DNA of 63,645 bases, the filler included, from Octopus bimaculoides (lineage: Eukaryota): assembly GCF_001194135.2 (NCBI RefSeq). It is 4 parts of 4 records of this genome, joined end to end, with 100 filler letters (N's around TTAATTAATTAA, not from the genome) between each part and the next. Parts side by side here need not be neighbours in the genome. Positions count along the whole stretch, not along the records: positions 1 to 26,539 come from NC_069008.1; 3 more parts are not named here. The stretch is one strand, 5' to 3'. The notes under the pieces were generated by a model. The model saw only the letters and a program-made list of their open reading frames with translations, was not told where the DNA came from and ran no database searches. The position numbers were made by a program, and so were the translations under genes. Positions 12,424 through 25,020 of the stretch are shown in pieces; positions within the stretch are counted from its first letter, which is position 1, and every line of letters starts with the position of its first letter.

Positions 12424-12475
12424 ATGGGTGTATATGCCATATTTCAGGAGCCTTTGCTTCTTCATCAGCACCCAT
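12424..12475 (-). ncRNA. Type I hammerhead ribozyme motif (best formed)
   Basis: AUGGGUG-CUGAUGA-AGAAGC(AAAG)GCUCCU-GAA-AUAU(GGC)AUAU-A-CACCCAU: 7-bp stem I, full core, AUA cleavage triplet. Confidence 0.8.
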
Positions 12476-14385
12476 CCACGAACTCATTGCTTAAATAGTA
12501 ACTAAATATAGCAGTGTAATGTTATTAGATATACCAACATTACATATTAAACATGTAAAGTTCTGGTTATAATTTCTATAGAAAAATCTGCAGAGATAAC
12601 CTTAATAAGTGATTTGATAGCACTGCTAACACAGTAGAACACAGTACTGACTTATAAAAGTGTTTAATATACTTTGTGGTATATTATGGTTGCATAACAA
12701 AATACGATGTCCCTACAGATCATTAATAAATCAGCTTTATTTAGATTTCAGGTTATTAATACTTACAAAAATGTGATGAGAACTTACTTTTCAGATGAAA
12801 TGGAAACAAGATTGAGAAAATAAACTGATACACATGACCAGCCCATATTGGCATGGATAAATGACATTAAAATGTTGATGATGATGATGTTTACAATGAC
12901 ACTTACAAATTAACATTCAGCTGAGTCATTAATAGATAAATGATAAAACTTCTCATCAAAAGAATCATTCCCATGGTGGGATACATAAATTAAACATCCC
13001 ACTTGAATGTACATAGGATACAAAAAAAGAATCTGTATAACACCCAGAATATGAGTGTATGTATATATATATTTTCTTTTACTTGTTTCAGTCACTTGAC
13101 TGCAGCCATGCTGGAGCACCACCTTGAAGGGTATTAGTCGAACAAATTGACCCCAGTACTTATTTGATCAGTCATTTTTGTTGAACCAACAAGTTATAGA
13201 GAAGTAAACAAATCAACACCAGTTGTCAAGCAGTGATGGGACAAACTGACATGCACACAAATATATATATATATAAATATAAATGTATATATATATATAT
13301 ACGATGGGCTTCTTTCAGTTTCCGTCTACCAANNNNNNNNNNNNNNNNNNNNNNNNNNNNNNNNNNNNNNNNNNNNNNNNNNNNNNNNNNNNNNNNNNNN
13401 NNNNNNNNNNNNNNNNNNNNNNNNNNNNNNNNNNNNNNNNNNNNNNNNNNNNNNNNNNNNNNNNNNNNNNNNNNNNNNNNNNNNNNNNNNNNNNNNNNNN
13501 NNNNNNNNNNNNNNNNNNNNNNNNNNNNNNNNNNNNNNNNNNNNNNNNNNNNNNNNNNNNNNNNNNNNNNNNNNNNNNNNNNNNNNNNNNNNNNNNNNNN
13601 NNNNNNNNNNNNNNNNNNNNNNNNNNNNNNNNNNNNNNNNNNNNNNNNNNNNNNNNNNNNNNNNNNNNNNNNNNNNNNNNNNNNNNNNNNNNNNNNNNNN
13701 NNNNNNNNNNNNNGCTTCTTTCAGTTTCCGTCAACCAAATCCACTCACAAGGCTTTGGTTGACCTGAGGCTATGCTAGAAGACACTTGCCCAAGGTGCCA
13801 CACAGTGGAACTGAACCCGGAACCATGTGGTTGGTAAGCAGCACACACACTATATATCATCATTTCATGTCTGTTTCCATCCTGGGAAAACAGACAGCTG
13901 CACTAGGTTCCACTCTGGTTTAGCTTGGTTTCTACAGCTGGATGCCCTTCCTAATGCCAAGCACTTTACAGAGTGTGCTGAGTCCCTTTATGTGACACCA
14001 GCACACACATTGTTATACGTGGGGATGGTCGTATATATCTGGTTTTCACTTCAGCTTTGTTATTACAATTATAGATTTTTGGTAAAGTTCTTTCATCACT
14101 GATGTTATTGCTGACATATTATGACACATTTCTTAATTATTTACCCACAAAGTTGAATAAATCAAAAGTATCTTCTTATTCCACAAAATATGTTGTATGA
14201 GATACCTAAGAGTATTCTAAGAGAATGATTTTTTTATCAAAACTATCAAAATGGGAGGTTATGCCATGTATAACAATGTATATATATTTAAAGTTTGAAG
14301 GTGTTATATAATGTCTTTCTTGTGTAAGTACAGGTATTGTTATGCAAGATATTTCTTTCATCAAATGAATTTCACATTGTTACAT

Positions 14386-16161
14386 TTACTTTTGTATATG
14401 ATTGGAGATATGTCTAGCTAAGTGTGCTCTCTGAGAGAAAGATTTACCACAAATATCACAAGGATATGGTTTTTCTCCTGTATGAATGCGTTTGTGCGCA
14501 GTTAAGGAATCATTTTGAGAGAATGACTTACCACAAACATCACAGTGATATGGCTTCTCTCCTGTATGAATCCGTTTGTGTTTAGTTAAGTGATTACTTT
14601 GAAGGAAAGATTTACCACAGATATCACAGTGAAATGGTTTCTCTCCTGTATGAATGCGTTTGTGTAGGGTTAAGTGTTGATTTAAACAGAATGATTTACC
14701 ACAGATATCACAGTAATATAGTTTCTCTCCTGTATGAATACGTTTATGTGAAGACAAAAGATCAGTTCGAGAGAATGATTTCCCACAGGTATCACAGTTA
14801 TGTGGTTTCTCTCCGGTATGAGTGCGTTTGTGGGTAGTTAAGCGTGCTCTCTGAGCAAATGATTTCCCGCAGATGTCACAGTGATATGGTTTCTCTCCTG
14901 TATGAATGCGTTTGTGTTTAGTTAAGCTGCTCCCTTCAGAAAATGATCGACCACAGATATCACAGTGATATGGTTTCTCTCCTGTATGAACACGTTTGTG
15001 TTTAATTATGTAACCTTTCTCGGAGAAGGATTTACCACAGATATCACAGCGAAATGTTTTCTCTCCTGTATGAATATTTTTGTGTCTAGTTAAGTGACCA
15101 CTTAAAGAAAATGATTTTCCACAGATATCACAGTGATATGGCTTCTCCCCTGTATGAATGCGTTTGTGTATAACTAAGTCACAATTGTGAAAGAATGATT
15201 TACCACAGATATCACAGTGATATGGTATTCTGCCTGTATGAATAAGTTCGTGCTTAGTTAGGCCAGCTTTCACAGTGAATGATTTCCCACAAGTACCACA
15301 CTGATATGGCTTCTCCCCCGTGTGAGTGTATTTGTGTCTAGTTAAGTGATTATTCTGAGAGAATGACCTACCACAGATATCACAATGATATGGTTTCTCT
15401 TCTGTATGAATACGCTTGTGTTTAGTTAATTTATTACTTTCAGTGAATGATTTCCCACAGATATCACACTGATATGGTTTCTCTCCTGTATGAATACGTT
15501 TATGTATAGTTACGTTGCCACTTACAGAGAATGATTTACCACAGATATCACAGTGATATGGTTTCTCACCTGTATGAATGTATTTGTGAGTTGTTAAGGT
15601 AGCATTTAGAGTGAATGATTTATTACAAATATCACAATGATAAAGCTTCTCACCTGAATGAATGAATTTATGAGTAGTTAAGTTACATTTCAGAGAGAAT
15701 GTTTTATCACAGACATCACACTGATATGGCTTCTCTCCTGTATGTATTCGCTTGTGTTTAGTTAAGTAATTACTTTGAGAGAAGGAGCTGCCACAGATAT
15801 CACAGTGAAATGGCTTCTCTCCTGTATGAACGTATTTGTGTACAGTTAAACTACTTCTGTGAGCAAATAATTTTCCACAGATATCACAGTGATATGGCTT
15901 CTCTCCTGTATGACTGCGTTTGTGTTTAGTTAAGTCACTGCTTCCAGAAAAGGATCGCCCACAGATGTCACAGCAAAATGGCTTCTCTCCTGTGTGCATA
16001 CGTATGTGTACTGTAAGGTTACCTTTTCGAGAGAATGACTTTTTACAGATATCACAGTGGTGTGATGGTTTTTCTGCATCTTTTGATCTCTTGTCAATAA
16101 AATTAATCCCTTTAGGCTGTGATTTACACTTAACTTTCTTGTCACACAATTCATTTTCCAT
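14386..16161 (-). CDS. C2H2 zinc-finger protein (ZNF-B), 20 tandem fingers
   Basis: Uninterrupted ORF with 20 fingers. The ORF track starts at GTG 16176; the first ATG (MENELC) is at 16161. Acceptor AG at 16486-16487. Confidence 0.95.
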   Translation of the reverse strand: MENELCDKKVKCKSQPKGINFIDKRSKDAEKPSHHCDICKKSFSRKGNLTVHIRMHTGEKPFCCDICGRSFSGSSDLTKHKRSHTGEKPYHCDICGKLFAHRSSLTVHKYVHTGEKPFHCDICGSSFSQSNYLTKHKRIHTGEKPYQCDVCDKTFSLKCNLTTHKFIHSGEKLYHCDICNKSFTLNATLTTHKYIHTGEKPYHCDICGKSFSVSGNVTIHKRIHTGEKPYQCDICGKSFTESNKLTKHKRIHTEEKPYHCDICGRSFSQNNHLTRHKYTHTGEKPYQCGTCGKSFTVKAGLTKHELIHTGRIPYHCDICGKSFFHNCDLVIHKRIHTGEKPYHCDICGKSFSLSGHLTRHKNIHTGEKTFRCDICGKSFSEKGYIIKHKRVHTGEKPYHCDICGRSFSEGSSLTKHKRIHTGEKPYHCDICGKSFAQRARLTTHKRTHTGEKPHNCDTCGKSFSRTDLLSSHKRIHTGEKLYYCDICGKSFCLNQHLTLHKRIHTGEKPFHCDICGKSFLQSNHLTKHKRIHTGEKPYHCDVCGKSFSQNDSLTAHKRIHTGEKPYPCDICGKSFSQRAHLARHISNHIQK

Positions 16162-19100
16162 ATTTTCCTTATACACAAATGTTGATTTTGTCTTTATACT
16201 TTATTCCTCACAAATTTTATTCAGCCATCAACTGTGATTTTCTTCATCTGAGATGCTGCTAATTCTTTTGTATTCCAAAGTTAATTGGAGCACAAAAATC
16301 ATTATTTACACATCCCAGATAGTGAAGTAGAGAAATGTTGCTAAGAATCTCAGTCAGAGAAAACATTTCAGAATAATTCTACCTTTAATTCATATAAGCA
16401 AGTTTATAACATCTTCCTGTAATCTTCAAAGGACGATATATATATTGATGACGTATATTCCTTAACTCCAATGTCATCAGGCATTCTGAAACAAAAAGAA
16501 ATGATATTAGACTATAGGGTATATAGACAAAATTGTGCTTCAACGTAGGTAATTTTACTACATTTCTATAATGATAAACTATACAAGGTATTTGGGCTGA
16601 ATTTGACAATTTGCATGAAAGAAAACAATATTCCATCCAAAAATAAAACGATTTCAAAGAATCAAAAAATATGAATTAGATTACGGCTGGAAGATAACAA
16701 TTTTCTTGAAATAGACGCCCTCAAGACAGTTCTGGAACTTGGCACATGCATTCCTCACTGTTTCTAGGAAGATCTTTGAACAGCATTTTGATCTTGGCCA
16801 ACAGTTCAGCTTTGGTGTTGCAGGCAGAGAAGTTGGTGCCTTTCTCCCCTGCACCTCACATATAGTAATCCATAAGATTACAATATGGAAAATTAAGAGG
16901 ACAGACATTGGGTCTGGTGAAGTTGTAGAAATGGCAAGGAGCCGAGTCCTGCTGCCACAAATATAGCTTTGAAGTAGTAATCATCTCCAGCAGCATCAGA
17001 TAACTGTTTGAACGTAGGTGAAGTTTACAAATTTATAGACTATAGTTACACCTTTCTGTGTAAGATTATATACATTAAATTACAGGATAGTGGATAATAA
17101 CATTCTATCTCCTGAAGAAACAATTACTGCTTGTTTGTTGTTGAGCCCCAGGTCAATATATATTTATATAAATATATATGTGTGTGTATTTATAACTGTG
17201 GAAGCGGTAGACCCAAGAAAACATGGGACAAGGTAGTGAAGCACAATCTTCAAACATTGGGCCTCACAGAGGCAATGATAAGTAACTGAGACCTTTGGCA
17301 ATATGCTGTGCTTGAGAAGACTCGTCAAGCCAAGTGAAATCATAGTCGTGGCTGTTGCCAGTGTCATGTGACTGGCACCCATGCTGGTGGCATGTAAAAA
17401 GCATTCGTTACACACTTGGAATGGGTGGCATTAGGAAGGACATCCAGCCATTGAAACCATGTGAAATCAGACTGGAACCTGGTGCAGCTCTCCGGCTTAC
17501 CAGTTCCAGTCAAACCATCTAAACCATGTCATCTTGGAAAGCAGATGCTAGATGATAATGATGATATATATATATTGGCATTGTTTTGCATCAACAAGGC
17601 TTATACTATATAGTAAAAACAGTAAAAAAAGTAAAGTGAATTTGCCATAGAGAGTGGAAAACCCGATGTTTTGGACAGTCCTTATTCAGGGCAATAGTTT
17701 AAAGAGTAAGGTGAATGGAAAAGATGAGGAGAGAAGGATATGAAAGGGTATAATGAGTTAAGAGGTGTAGGAGGAGGAAAAAAAAATTCATTTAAACCTG
17801 TCAGTGACATGGTGTCAAATTTGCATGTGGAACATTGTTCCCTGTTTCCTTGAAAATACTGACCCATGGTGCATGGTGATGCTGCACATTGATAAGTGGG
17901 TGACAGAATAGCCTGTAGTGTTTAAGTGATAGGTGATAGAATTGCCTGGCATATGTGGTAGTCATCGCTATCATAATCATTTAATGTCCATTGTCCATGC
18001 TGGCATGGGTTGGATGGTTTGACCAGAGCTGGCAAGCCGGGGAGCTGCACCAGACTCCAGTCTGATTTGGCCTCGTTTCTATGGCTTGATGCCCTTTCTA
18101 ACGCTAACCACTTTACAGAATGTGCTGGGTGCTTTTACGTAGTATACTTTGAATATGCTTCTGAAAGCAATCAGCAAAACATCAGCCCCATTTCACCAAT
18201 GTAAAGGGCACTAGGTTTACATATACAATATATAGGTTTAGACAATGTGCAACAGAAGTTCTGAGTAATATGATGTTATGTCTTAGGTCCAGTGGTGGTG
18301 GTGAGCACATTTAAAAGTGCCTGGTTCTGTGGGGCTGGGCACTGTGGAGCTTCTTACTAGAAGATTTCGTGGCTTGGAAAAATAGGCCAGAAATTAGAAT
18401 ACAGAAGTTGGGAATGAGTTTCTCATTCAATGGGAGATTGGATGGTCGGAAAGTGAGAGGAAGTGGAGTACGGTCTGTAGACATGCAGAACAACAATGGG
18501 AGAATCAATGGCCTGGAACCAGCAAAGTGCTGGGTCCACAACTGATTGAGGGTAGCCTTAGCTCAGGAAGAATTGTTGCATAGTTAGGCATTGAGATTTG
18601 AAATCCAAATCAATGCTGCAGAGCCCATTCCACTCCTTATGGCTCTTTCACTGTACTCTGTATGCTAGAAATTGCTTTGTCACTAATTTCTTGGGGGAAA
18701 AGAAAAATGTATAGGAAAGTTGGTTATACATCATTAGATGTATACCTGACTTTCCTATATAAAATTAAAGAATATATAACGGAACGCTGAACTCCAGACT
18801 ATCAACTTAAACAACACTTTATTTAGGTGGTAAATATATATATCTTTTAGTTCTTGTTGTTACAGCTTCTGTGTGTATGAGCATAGTTGTTGGGACGTGG
18901 GTATGTAGTTGCAAGCGAGCTGTCGAGTGTAAGTCCGAAAGATGTAGAGAGACAGCTCAACACGTCCTTGCTCATGGTCGGCCGACCGTAAAANNNNNNN
19001 NNNNNNNNNNNNNNNNNNNNNNNNNNNNNNNNNNNNNNNNNNNNNNNNNNNNNNNNNNNNNNNNNNNNNNNNNNNNNNNNNNNNNNNNNNNNNNNNNNNN

Positions 19101-19370
19101 NNNNNNNNNNNNNNNNNNNNNNNNNNNNNNNNNNNNNNNNNNNNNNNNNNNNNNNNNNNNNNNNNNNNNNNNNNNNNNNNNNNNNNNNNNNNNNNNNNNN
19201 NNNNNNNNNNNNNNNNNNNNNNNNNNNNNNNNNNNNNNNNNNNNNNNNNNNNNNNNNNNNNNNNNNNNNNNNNNNNNNNNNNNNNNNNNNNNNNNNNNNN
19301 NNNNNNNNNNNNNNNNNNNNNNNNNNNNNNNNNNNNNNNNNNNNNNNNNNNNNNNNNNNNNNNNNNNNNN

Positions 19371-19745
19371 CTTTTTCTCTTAGTCTTCTTTAAAAAAAAA
19401 GAAATCCCTAAGTTATTCCATGTTGAAGTTGTCGTATTTCTGTAATTTCAACCAATCACTGACGTCCATTCAGCCGATATACATTAAGTGCCGACTACAT
19501 AAACAAACGATTCTGAAACAATTAACCCTAACCCTAGGGTTAGGGTTAATTGTTTCAGAATCGTTTGTTTATGTAGTCGGCACTTAATGTATATCGGCTG
19601 AATGGACGTCAGTGATTGGTTGAAATTACAGAAATACGACAACTTCAACATGGAATAACTTAGGGATTTCTTTTTTTTTAAAGAAGACTAAGAGAAAAAG
19701 ATGTTTTATATGACACATTCTACCAGTGTTCCAAGTTTCAAAGTG
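19371..19745. mobile_element. Long-TIR MITE forming a perfect 330-bp palindrome (19371-19700) with a telomere-like core
   Basis: Exact reverse-complement symmetry about 19535/19536. The terminus resembles that of the 51427-52526 element. Confidence 0.7.
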
Positions 19746-20917
19746 TTTCGTTAATGAAAAATGTGGCCTCCGTTTTAAAAAAGATCCGAATTTAGTACTG
19801 AAAATCTGTCAATCTTGAAGCACCTCAGGGTAAACAATATTCATTGTGTAATTTTTTCTTGGTGTCCAAATGAATAAATCTTTGCTGCTTCCAACTTGTG
19901 AGCAAGCAACATACAGTTGACTCCGTCAGCATGTGTCATCTTGTCAGCTGCGTGCTAGTTCTGTTGATGTATCGAAGTGGAAAGAAAAGGCTAATGGGTT
20001 GTGTGTGTGTGTGTGTGTGTGTGTGCGTGCGTGCAGGTAAGAACAAATATGCAAAGCGTTTTTTTCTTAAAGTTTAAAATGCGACGTTGGCGTAATTTCG
20101 TTATATCTACATTCCACAACACATAAATACAGAACAAGCACACACACACACAGAGAAAAAAGCACGCATGCAAGAACAGACGTACATTACAACCCATGAG
20201 CTTTATCTTTCCGTTTCGATACGTCAACAGAACAAGCACGCAGCTGAGTTGACAACACGTGCTCACAGAAATTACCGAGTAGTATGTTTATAGAATTCGA
20301 GTCAAAACGAAAGAATACCCAATAACTAAAAAAATCAGCAAGTTTATTCTAACGATCGTAATTATTATAGCTATCGATGTTTGTAATTTTGATAAACTGT
20401 CGACTCAAAACGAAAGATAGCCTTTTCTTTCTTCCACGCGTATTTTCATATGTAGCGTTGAAATAATTAAGAATGCCTTATTATTTAAATCTGTTTAATC
20501 GTCGATTTCAAACTATGTGCCGGAGAAAAGAATTAAGAAATGATGTCTGACTCACATTAAAAGTTTTGGTTAATGTAAACATTAACCAAAGTTTTCATTC
20601 CAATAATTTAAGAAAAAAACAAACAAAAAACAATTGGGACCATTAAAAGACCGCAGTGCCAAAAGTAAGCTTACGCTATTAACAGGTAATGTTTTATAAA
20701 GGGATTTCTTTTTATTTTTTACTAGTTTCTGCCATTAGACTGTAGCCATGCTGGAGCACCGCGTTAAAAATTTTTTAGTTGAATGTATCGAACCCAGTAC
20801 GTGCTTTTCATTTAAGCCGGGTACTTATTCTAACGATATTTTTCGCTGGACCGCGAAGTACGGGACGTAAACATATCAAGACCGATTATCAAGCGGTGGT
20901 GAGGGACACACACACGA

Positions 20918-20960
<43 letters not shown>

Positions 20961-21619
20961 NNNNNNNNNNNNNNNNNNNNNNNNNNNNNNNNNNNNNNNN
21001 NNNNNNNNNNNNNNNNNNNNNNNNNNNNNNNNNNNNNNNNNNNNNNNNNNNNNNNNNNNNNNNNNNNNNNNNNNNNNNNNNNNNNNNNNNNNNNNNNNNN
21101 NNNNNNNNNNNNNNNNNNNNNNNNNNNNNNNNNNNNNNNNNNNNNNNNNNNNNNNNNNNNNNNNNNNNNNNNNNNNNNNNNNNNNNNNNNNNNNNNNNNN
21201 NNNNNNNNNNNNNNNNNNNNNNNNNNNNNNNNNNNNNNNNNNNNNNNNNNNNNNNNNNNNNNNNNNNNNNNNNNNNNNNNNNNNNNNNNNNNNNNNNNNN
21301 NNNNNNNNNNNNNNNNNNNNNNNNNNNNNNNNNNNNNNNNNNNNNNNNNNNNNNNNNNNNNNNNNNNNNNNNNNNNNNNNNNNNNNTTATATTCTTCAGG
21401 AGTTGAGAATATTGTCATAAAAATAATTATTCGATTGAAAAATATATATACTTGAAAATAGCAAGTAGTCAAATTAAAATTAAAAAAAAAGAAGAAAAAT
21501 TAGGGAGCCGTGGTGAAAGTAGATTAATCCAGTTGTGGTGGGCCCCGAAGTCAACGAAAGTAGCTGGTGGTGGGAGAACAAAGTTGAGACATCAAAACGG
21601 AAGGGAGGAAATCACTAGC

Positions 21620-21629
21620 GCGCATGCGC
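21620..21629. promoter_or_regulatory. NRF1/Ewg-type palindrome GCGCATGCGC in a locally CpG-richer segment
   Basis: Exact match to the established NRF1 core; the surrounding DNA is CpG-poor. Confidence 0.35.
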
Positions 21630-22309
21630 TTTTAATTCTTCACTTATGTAAGGGAAACAACTGTACCTTTGTCCCCCCCCCCCTCACAGCCTTTTCTCTT
21701 TGCTGACAGATTATTGTAAATATTACCAGAACATAAAGTGATGACTATTCACACTTCAGATGTGAACAGTGAATGGTCGTCACTTCAGGAGCCCTGCAGG
21801 CCATCATCTCGGACAGGGTTTTGTAACCTTTAGAAGCTTTTTTTTTAAAGTCTTTCTAAACAACCATCACAGCCTCCATGCTATTGTTGTCATCCAATGG
21901 AAGGGAGTCTTCTATCTTTGGTATATTCGTTATATTCCAGAAAAATTGTGAATCATCGTGATAAAATCCACAGAGAAATTATGAATATATGCAATATTAC
22001 AACCAGTGGATTACCAATGGACATTAGAGGGTTATACAACCACTTGAAAGACCTTAATGCTAATGTATATCACAATCACATTTCTCTTATAACCAAAAAC
22101 ATAAACTTCATTGACTTTAAAATCCCAACCTAAAACGTTCATACCATCCACAGTTTCTCCTTCACACATGCAAATAATTGATGATATGTCTGTATTCAAA
22201 AGTTCCCTGGTTGGTAATTTTGCATTATAAATTGAGGTTTACCTACATCTTAAATTTAGAAGCAAATAGAATTGAAACGGTCAGGATTTCAGTTCAGATG
22301 ACAAAAAAT

Positions 22310-22495
22310 TGGCATGTGAAAAAGCACCCACTACACTCTCAGAGTAGTTGGCATTAGGAAGGGCATCCAGCTGTAGAAACTCTGCTGGATTAGATTGGAG
22401 CCTGGTGCAGCCTCCTGGCTTCCCAGACCCCAGTCAAACCGTCCAACCCATGCCAGCATGGAAAACAGACGTTAAACTATGATGATGATGATAGC
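22310..22495 (+). mobile_element. RTE 3'-end short insertion with (GAT)n tail (representative copy)
   Basis: Identical in structure to the 3' UTR of the RTE copies. Others at ~2135-2520, 9490-9730, 13860-14000, 17270-17565, 17970-18140, 36800-37095 and 62370-62449. Confidence 0.8.
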
Positions 22496-22599
22496 GTTTG
22501 ATAGACAAGTCCAATCCAACCCAGCATATAGATTGGATATTAAAGTGTGATGAGCATGAAGATGATTCACAAATTATACTTAAATGCTATTAAGCTATC

Positions 22600-23075
22600 A
22601 TGAAATGTTTTCTTTTATGCTTTGCATAATTATTTCAAATATTAAGCATGATGTTCTTTCTGATATGTGAGTATTTCTTATCTACTTACTGAAAATGTGA
22701 AATAAATCAATAGTGTCTGTTCTTACTCCTGGAAATATGTTAGATGGAATGCCTATGAGTATCCTGATAGAATGATTTTTGATAAAACTATAAGAATATG
22801 AAGTAATACTAGTAACATATAGTTTTGGCTATATAAAATGTGTTAGGAAATGTTAACACAACATTTATTGTTTTATAACAAATTCTTTTCATCAAATGAT
22901 TTTTGGCATTGAAACAGTTGCTTACTCGGATGAGATTAGATGCATGTGTAGCTTTTTTTTCTTTCAGAGAATAATTTACTACAGATATCAACGACATAGC
23001 CTTTTCATGAGTATGTTTGTATCTAGTTAAACTACTACTTGTCAATTTACAACTGATTATTGTAGTGATATGGCT
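22600..23075 (-). pseudogene. 3' relic of a fourth ZNF paralogue (decayed fingers plus 3' UTR)
   Basis: Minus strand reads KPYH..., SSSLTRYKHTH and DICSKLFSER in broken frames, followed by sequence alignable to the 3' UTRs of ZNF-B (14100-14385) and ZNF-C (24660-25020). Confidence 0.75.
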
Positions 23076-23139
23076 TGGATGCAACTATTTGTGTGTGTAC
23101 TGAATTCATTATTTGAAGAGAGTCATGCCAGCCCCTCAG

Positions 23140-23650
23140 CATCTTCCAAGATGATGTCAAGCCTTTGGAGATTTTCCTTAATCATGTCCGACCATCTGGT
23201 GTGGGGCCTTCCAGCCTGCAGTTACTGGGTTAAATGAGAGTAAGGCTCTGGTAGGATGATCTCTCCCTCTCCATATTGACCCCAACATAGTGGAGTTTGT
23301 TAGCTCTTTCATCTACCTGGGCTGTACAGTCTCCAACGATGGAGACCTGACTCTGGAGATCAACTGTAAATGTGGTCTGGCCAACTGAGTCATGTGATCT
23401 CTATGGAAGCCCCTTTGGTGCCACTGCTCTATCTCCCAGAAGATGAAGCCCCACATCTACATGTTGGTTTACTCTCTTCTCTACAGAGCAGAAACATGGC
23501 CCCTCATGCAGACGCTGGTGAAGAGATTCGACAACTTTCCTAGCAGAGCCCTGAGAACCATCAAGAACATCAGATGGTCCCATCATGAATCCAACATAGA
23601 GAACTGTGTGTGCACATCAGCCTCCCATCTCATAACTATCTGCTGCATGC
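23140..23650. mobile_element. RTE LINE fragment of a second subfamily, partly inverted
   Basis: + strand VEFVSSFIYLG...LLYRAETWPL; minus strand GRPHTRWSDMIKE at ~23140-23230. Confidence 0.65.
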
Positions 23651-25020
23651 ACTGGTACAGGAAACCATTTATCTATAATAATTATTTAAGAACACAAAAA
23701 AAGGAAGGTGCTGGTGTGGCAAGAGGCCTGCTTCCCAACCACATGGTACTGGGTTCAGTCCCACTGTGTGCCACCTTCAACAGGTATTTTTTACTCAGGC
23801 TGACCAAAGCTTTGGGAGTGGATTTGAGAGAGAGAAACTGAATGAAGACATATCTTTATCATTTGTTTCAGTCATTAGACTGCAGCCATGCTGGAGCACC
23901 ACCTTGAAGAATCTTTAGTAAAATGAATTGACCCCAGTACTTATTTTATTTTTAAAGCCTGGTACTTATTCTGTCAGTCTCTTTTGCCAAACCACTCAGT
24001 TACAGGGAAGTAAACACACCAACACTAGTTGTCAAGTGGTAGTGGGGGACAAACGCAAACATATATTTATATATATACATTAGGCTTCTTTCAGTTTTTC
24101 TCACAAGGCTTTGGTCAGACCAAGGCTATAACAGAAGACACTTACCCAAGATGTCAAACAGCAGGGGATAGAAGATAAATTTGAAACAATCCATTCAAAC
24201 TCTGGAACTATATTCTCAATAATATTTGCCAAAACTTTCCATGAGTAAATGAAAGCTCCACTGAGAGTTAACCAAGCCATGGTTATTGCTAATTGAAGAT
24301 AAGGTGGCCTGCAATGTAGCAGAATCTACAATGATATTAGTCTCATTAGACACATCCTACATATTTTCAGATCCCTTTTTGGAGGAAACCAACAGACCCC
24401 CTAAGTAGTATTATATCAAGGCAAAGGCTGATACAGCTTGGCACCAGTGATGTCACAACTCATTTCTACAGCTGACTAAACTGGAGCAACACGAAAAAAG
24501 TGTCTTACTCAAGAACACAACGCACAGCCTAGTCCAGGAATTGAACTCACTCCCTCATGATTGTTAGCCTGAGGCTCTAACCACTGAGCTATGCACATTC
24601 ACACCAAAATATACATAAGACATTAAAGAATGTGAATAAGATTCAGAAAATAATTATACATTTCTTTCTTTCATAATAACTGTACAATGATGTTATTATT
24701 CATGTATGAAAATACATTTCCATCTATTTATTTCTACAATGCCAAATAAATGAAGAGCTTCTTTTCTTGCTTCTGGAAATATGTTAATAAATTCTATATA
24801 CACGAATATACTGAATAAATGCTTTTTATTAAAATGTATCAGACTGGTAAATTTTGTCACCAGTGTAGGTATACTAACATGAGGTTGTTATCACATGGCT
24901 ATACTTTCCTGTGTGAATACATTTATTGTTACATATCATTTCCATATTGATAGAGATACTTTTTTTGTATGAACACATGTAATAAATTGTCTATTTTTAA
25001 AGATAAAGATTTAACACATA

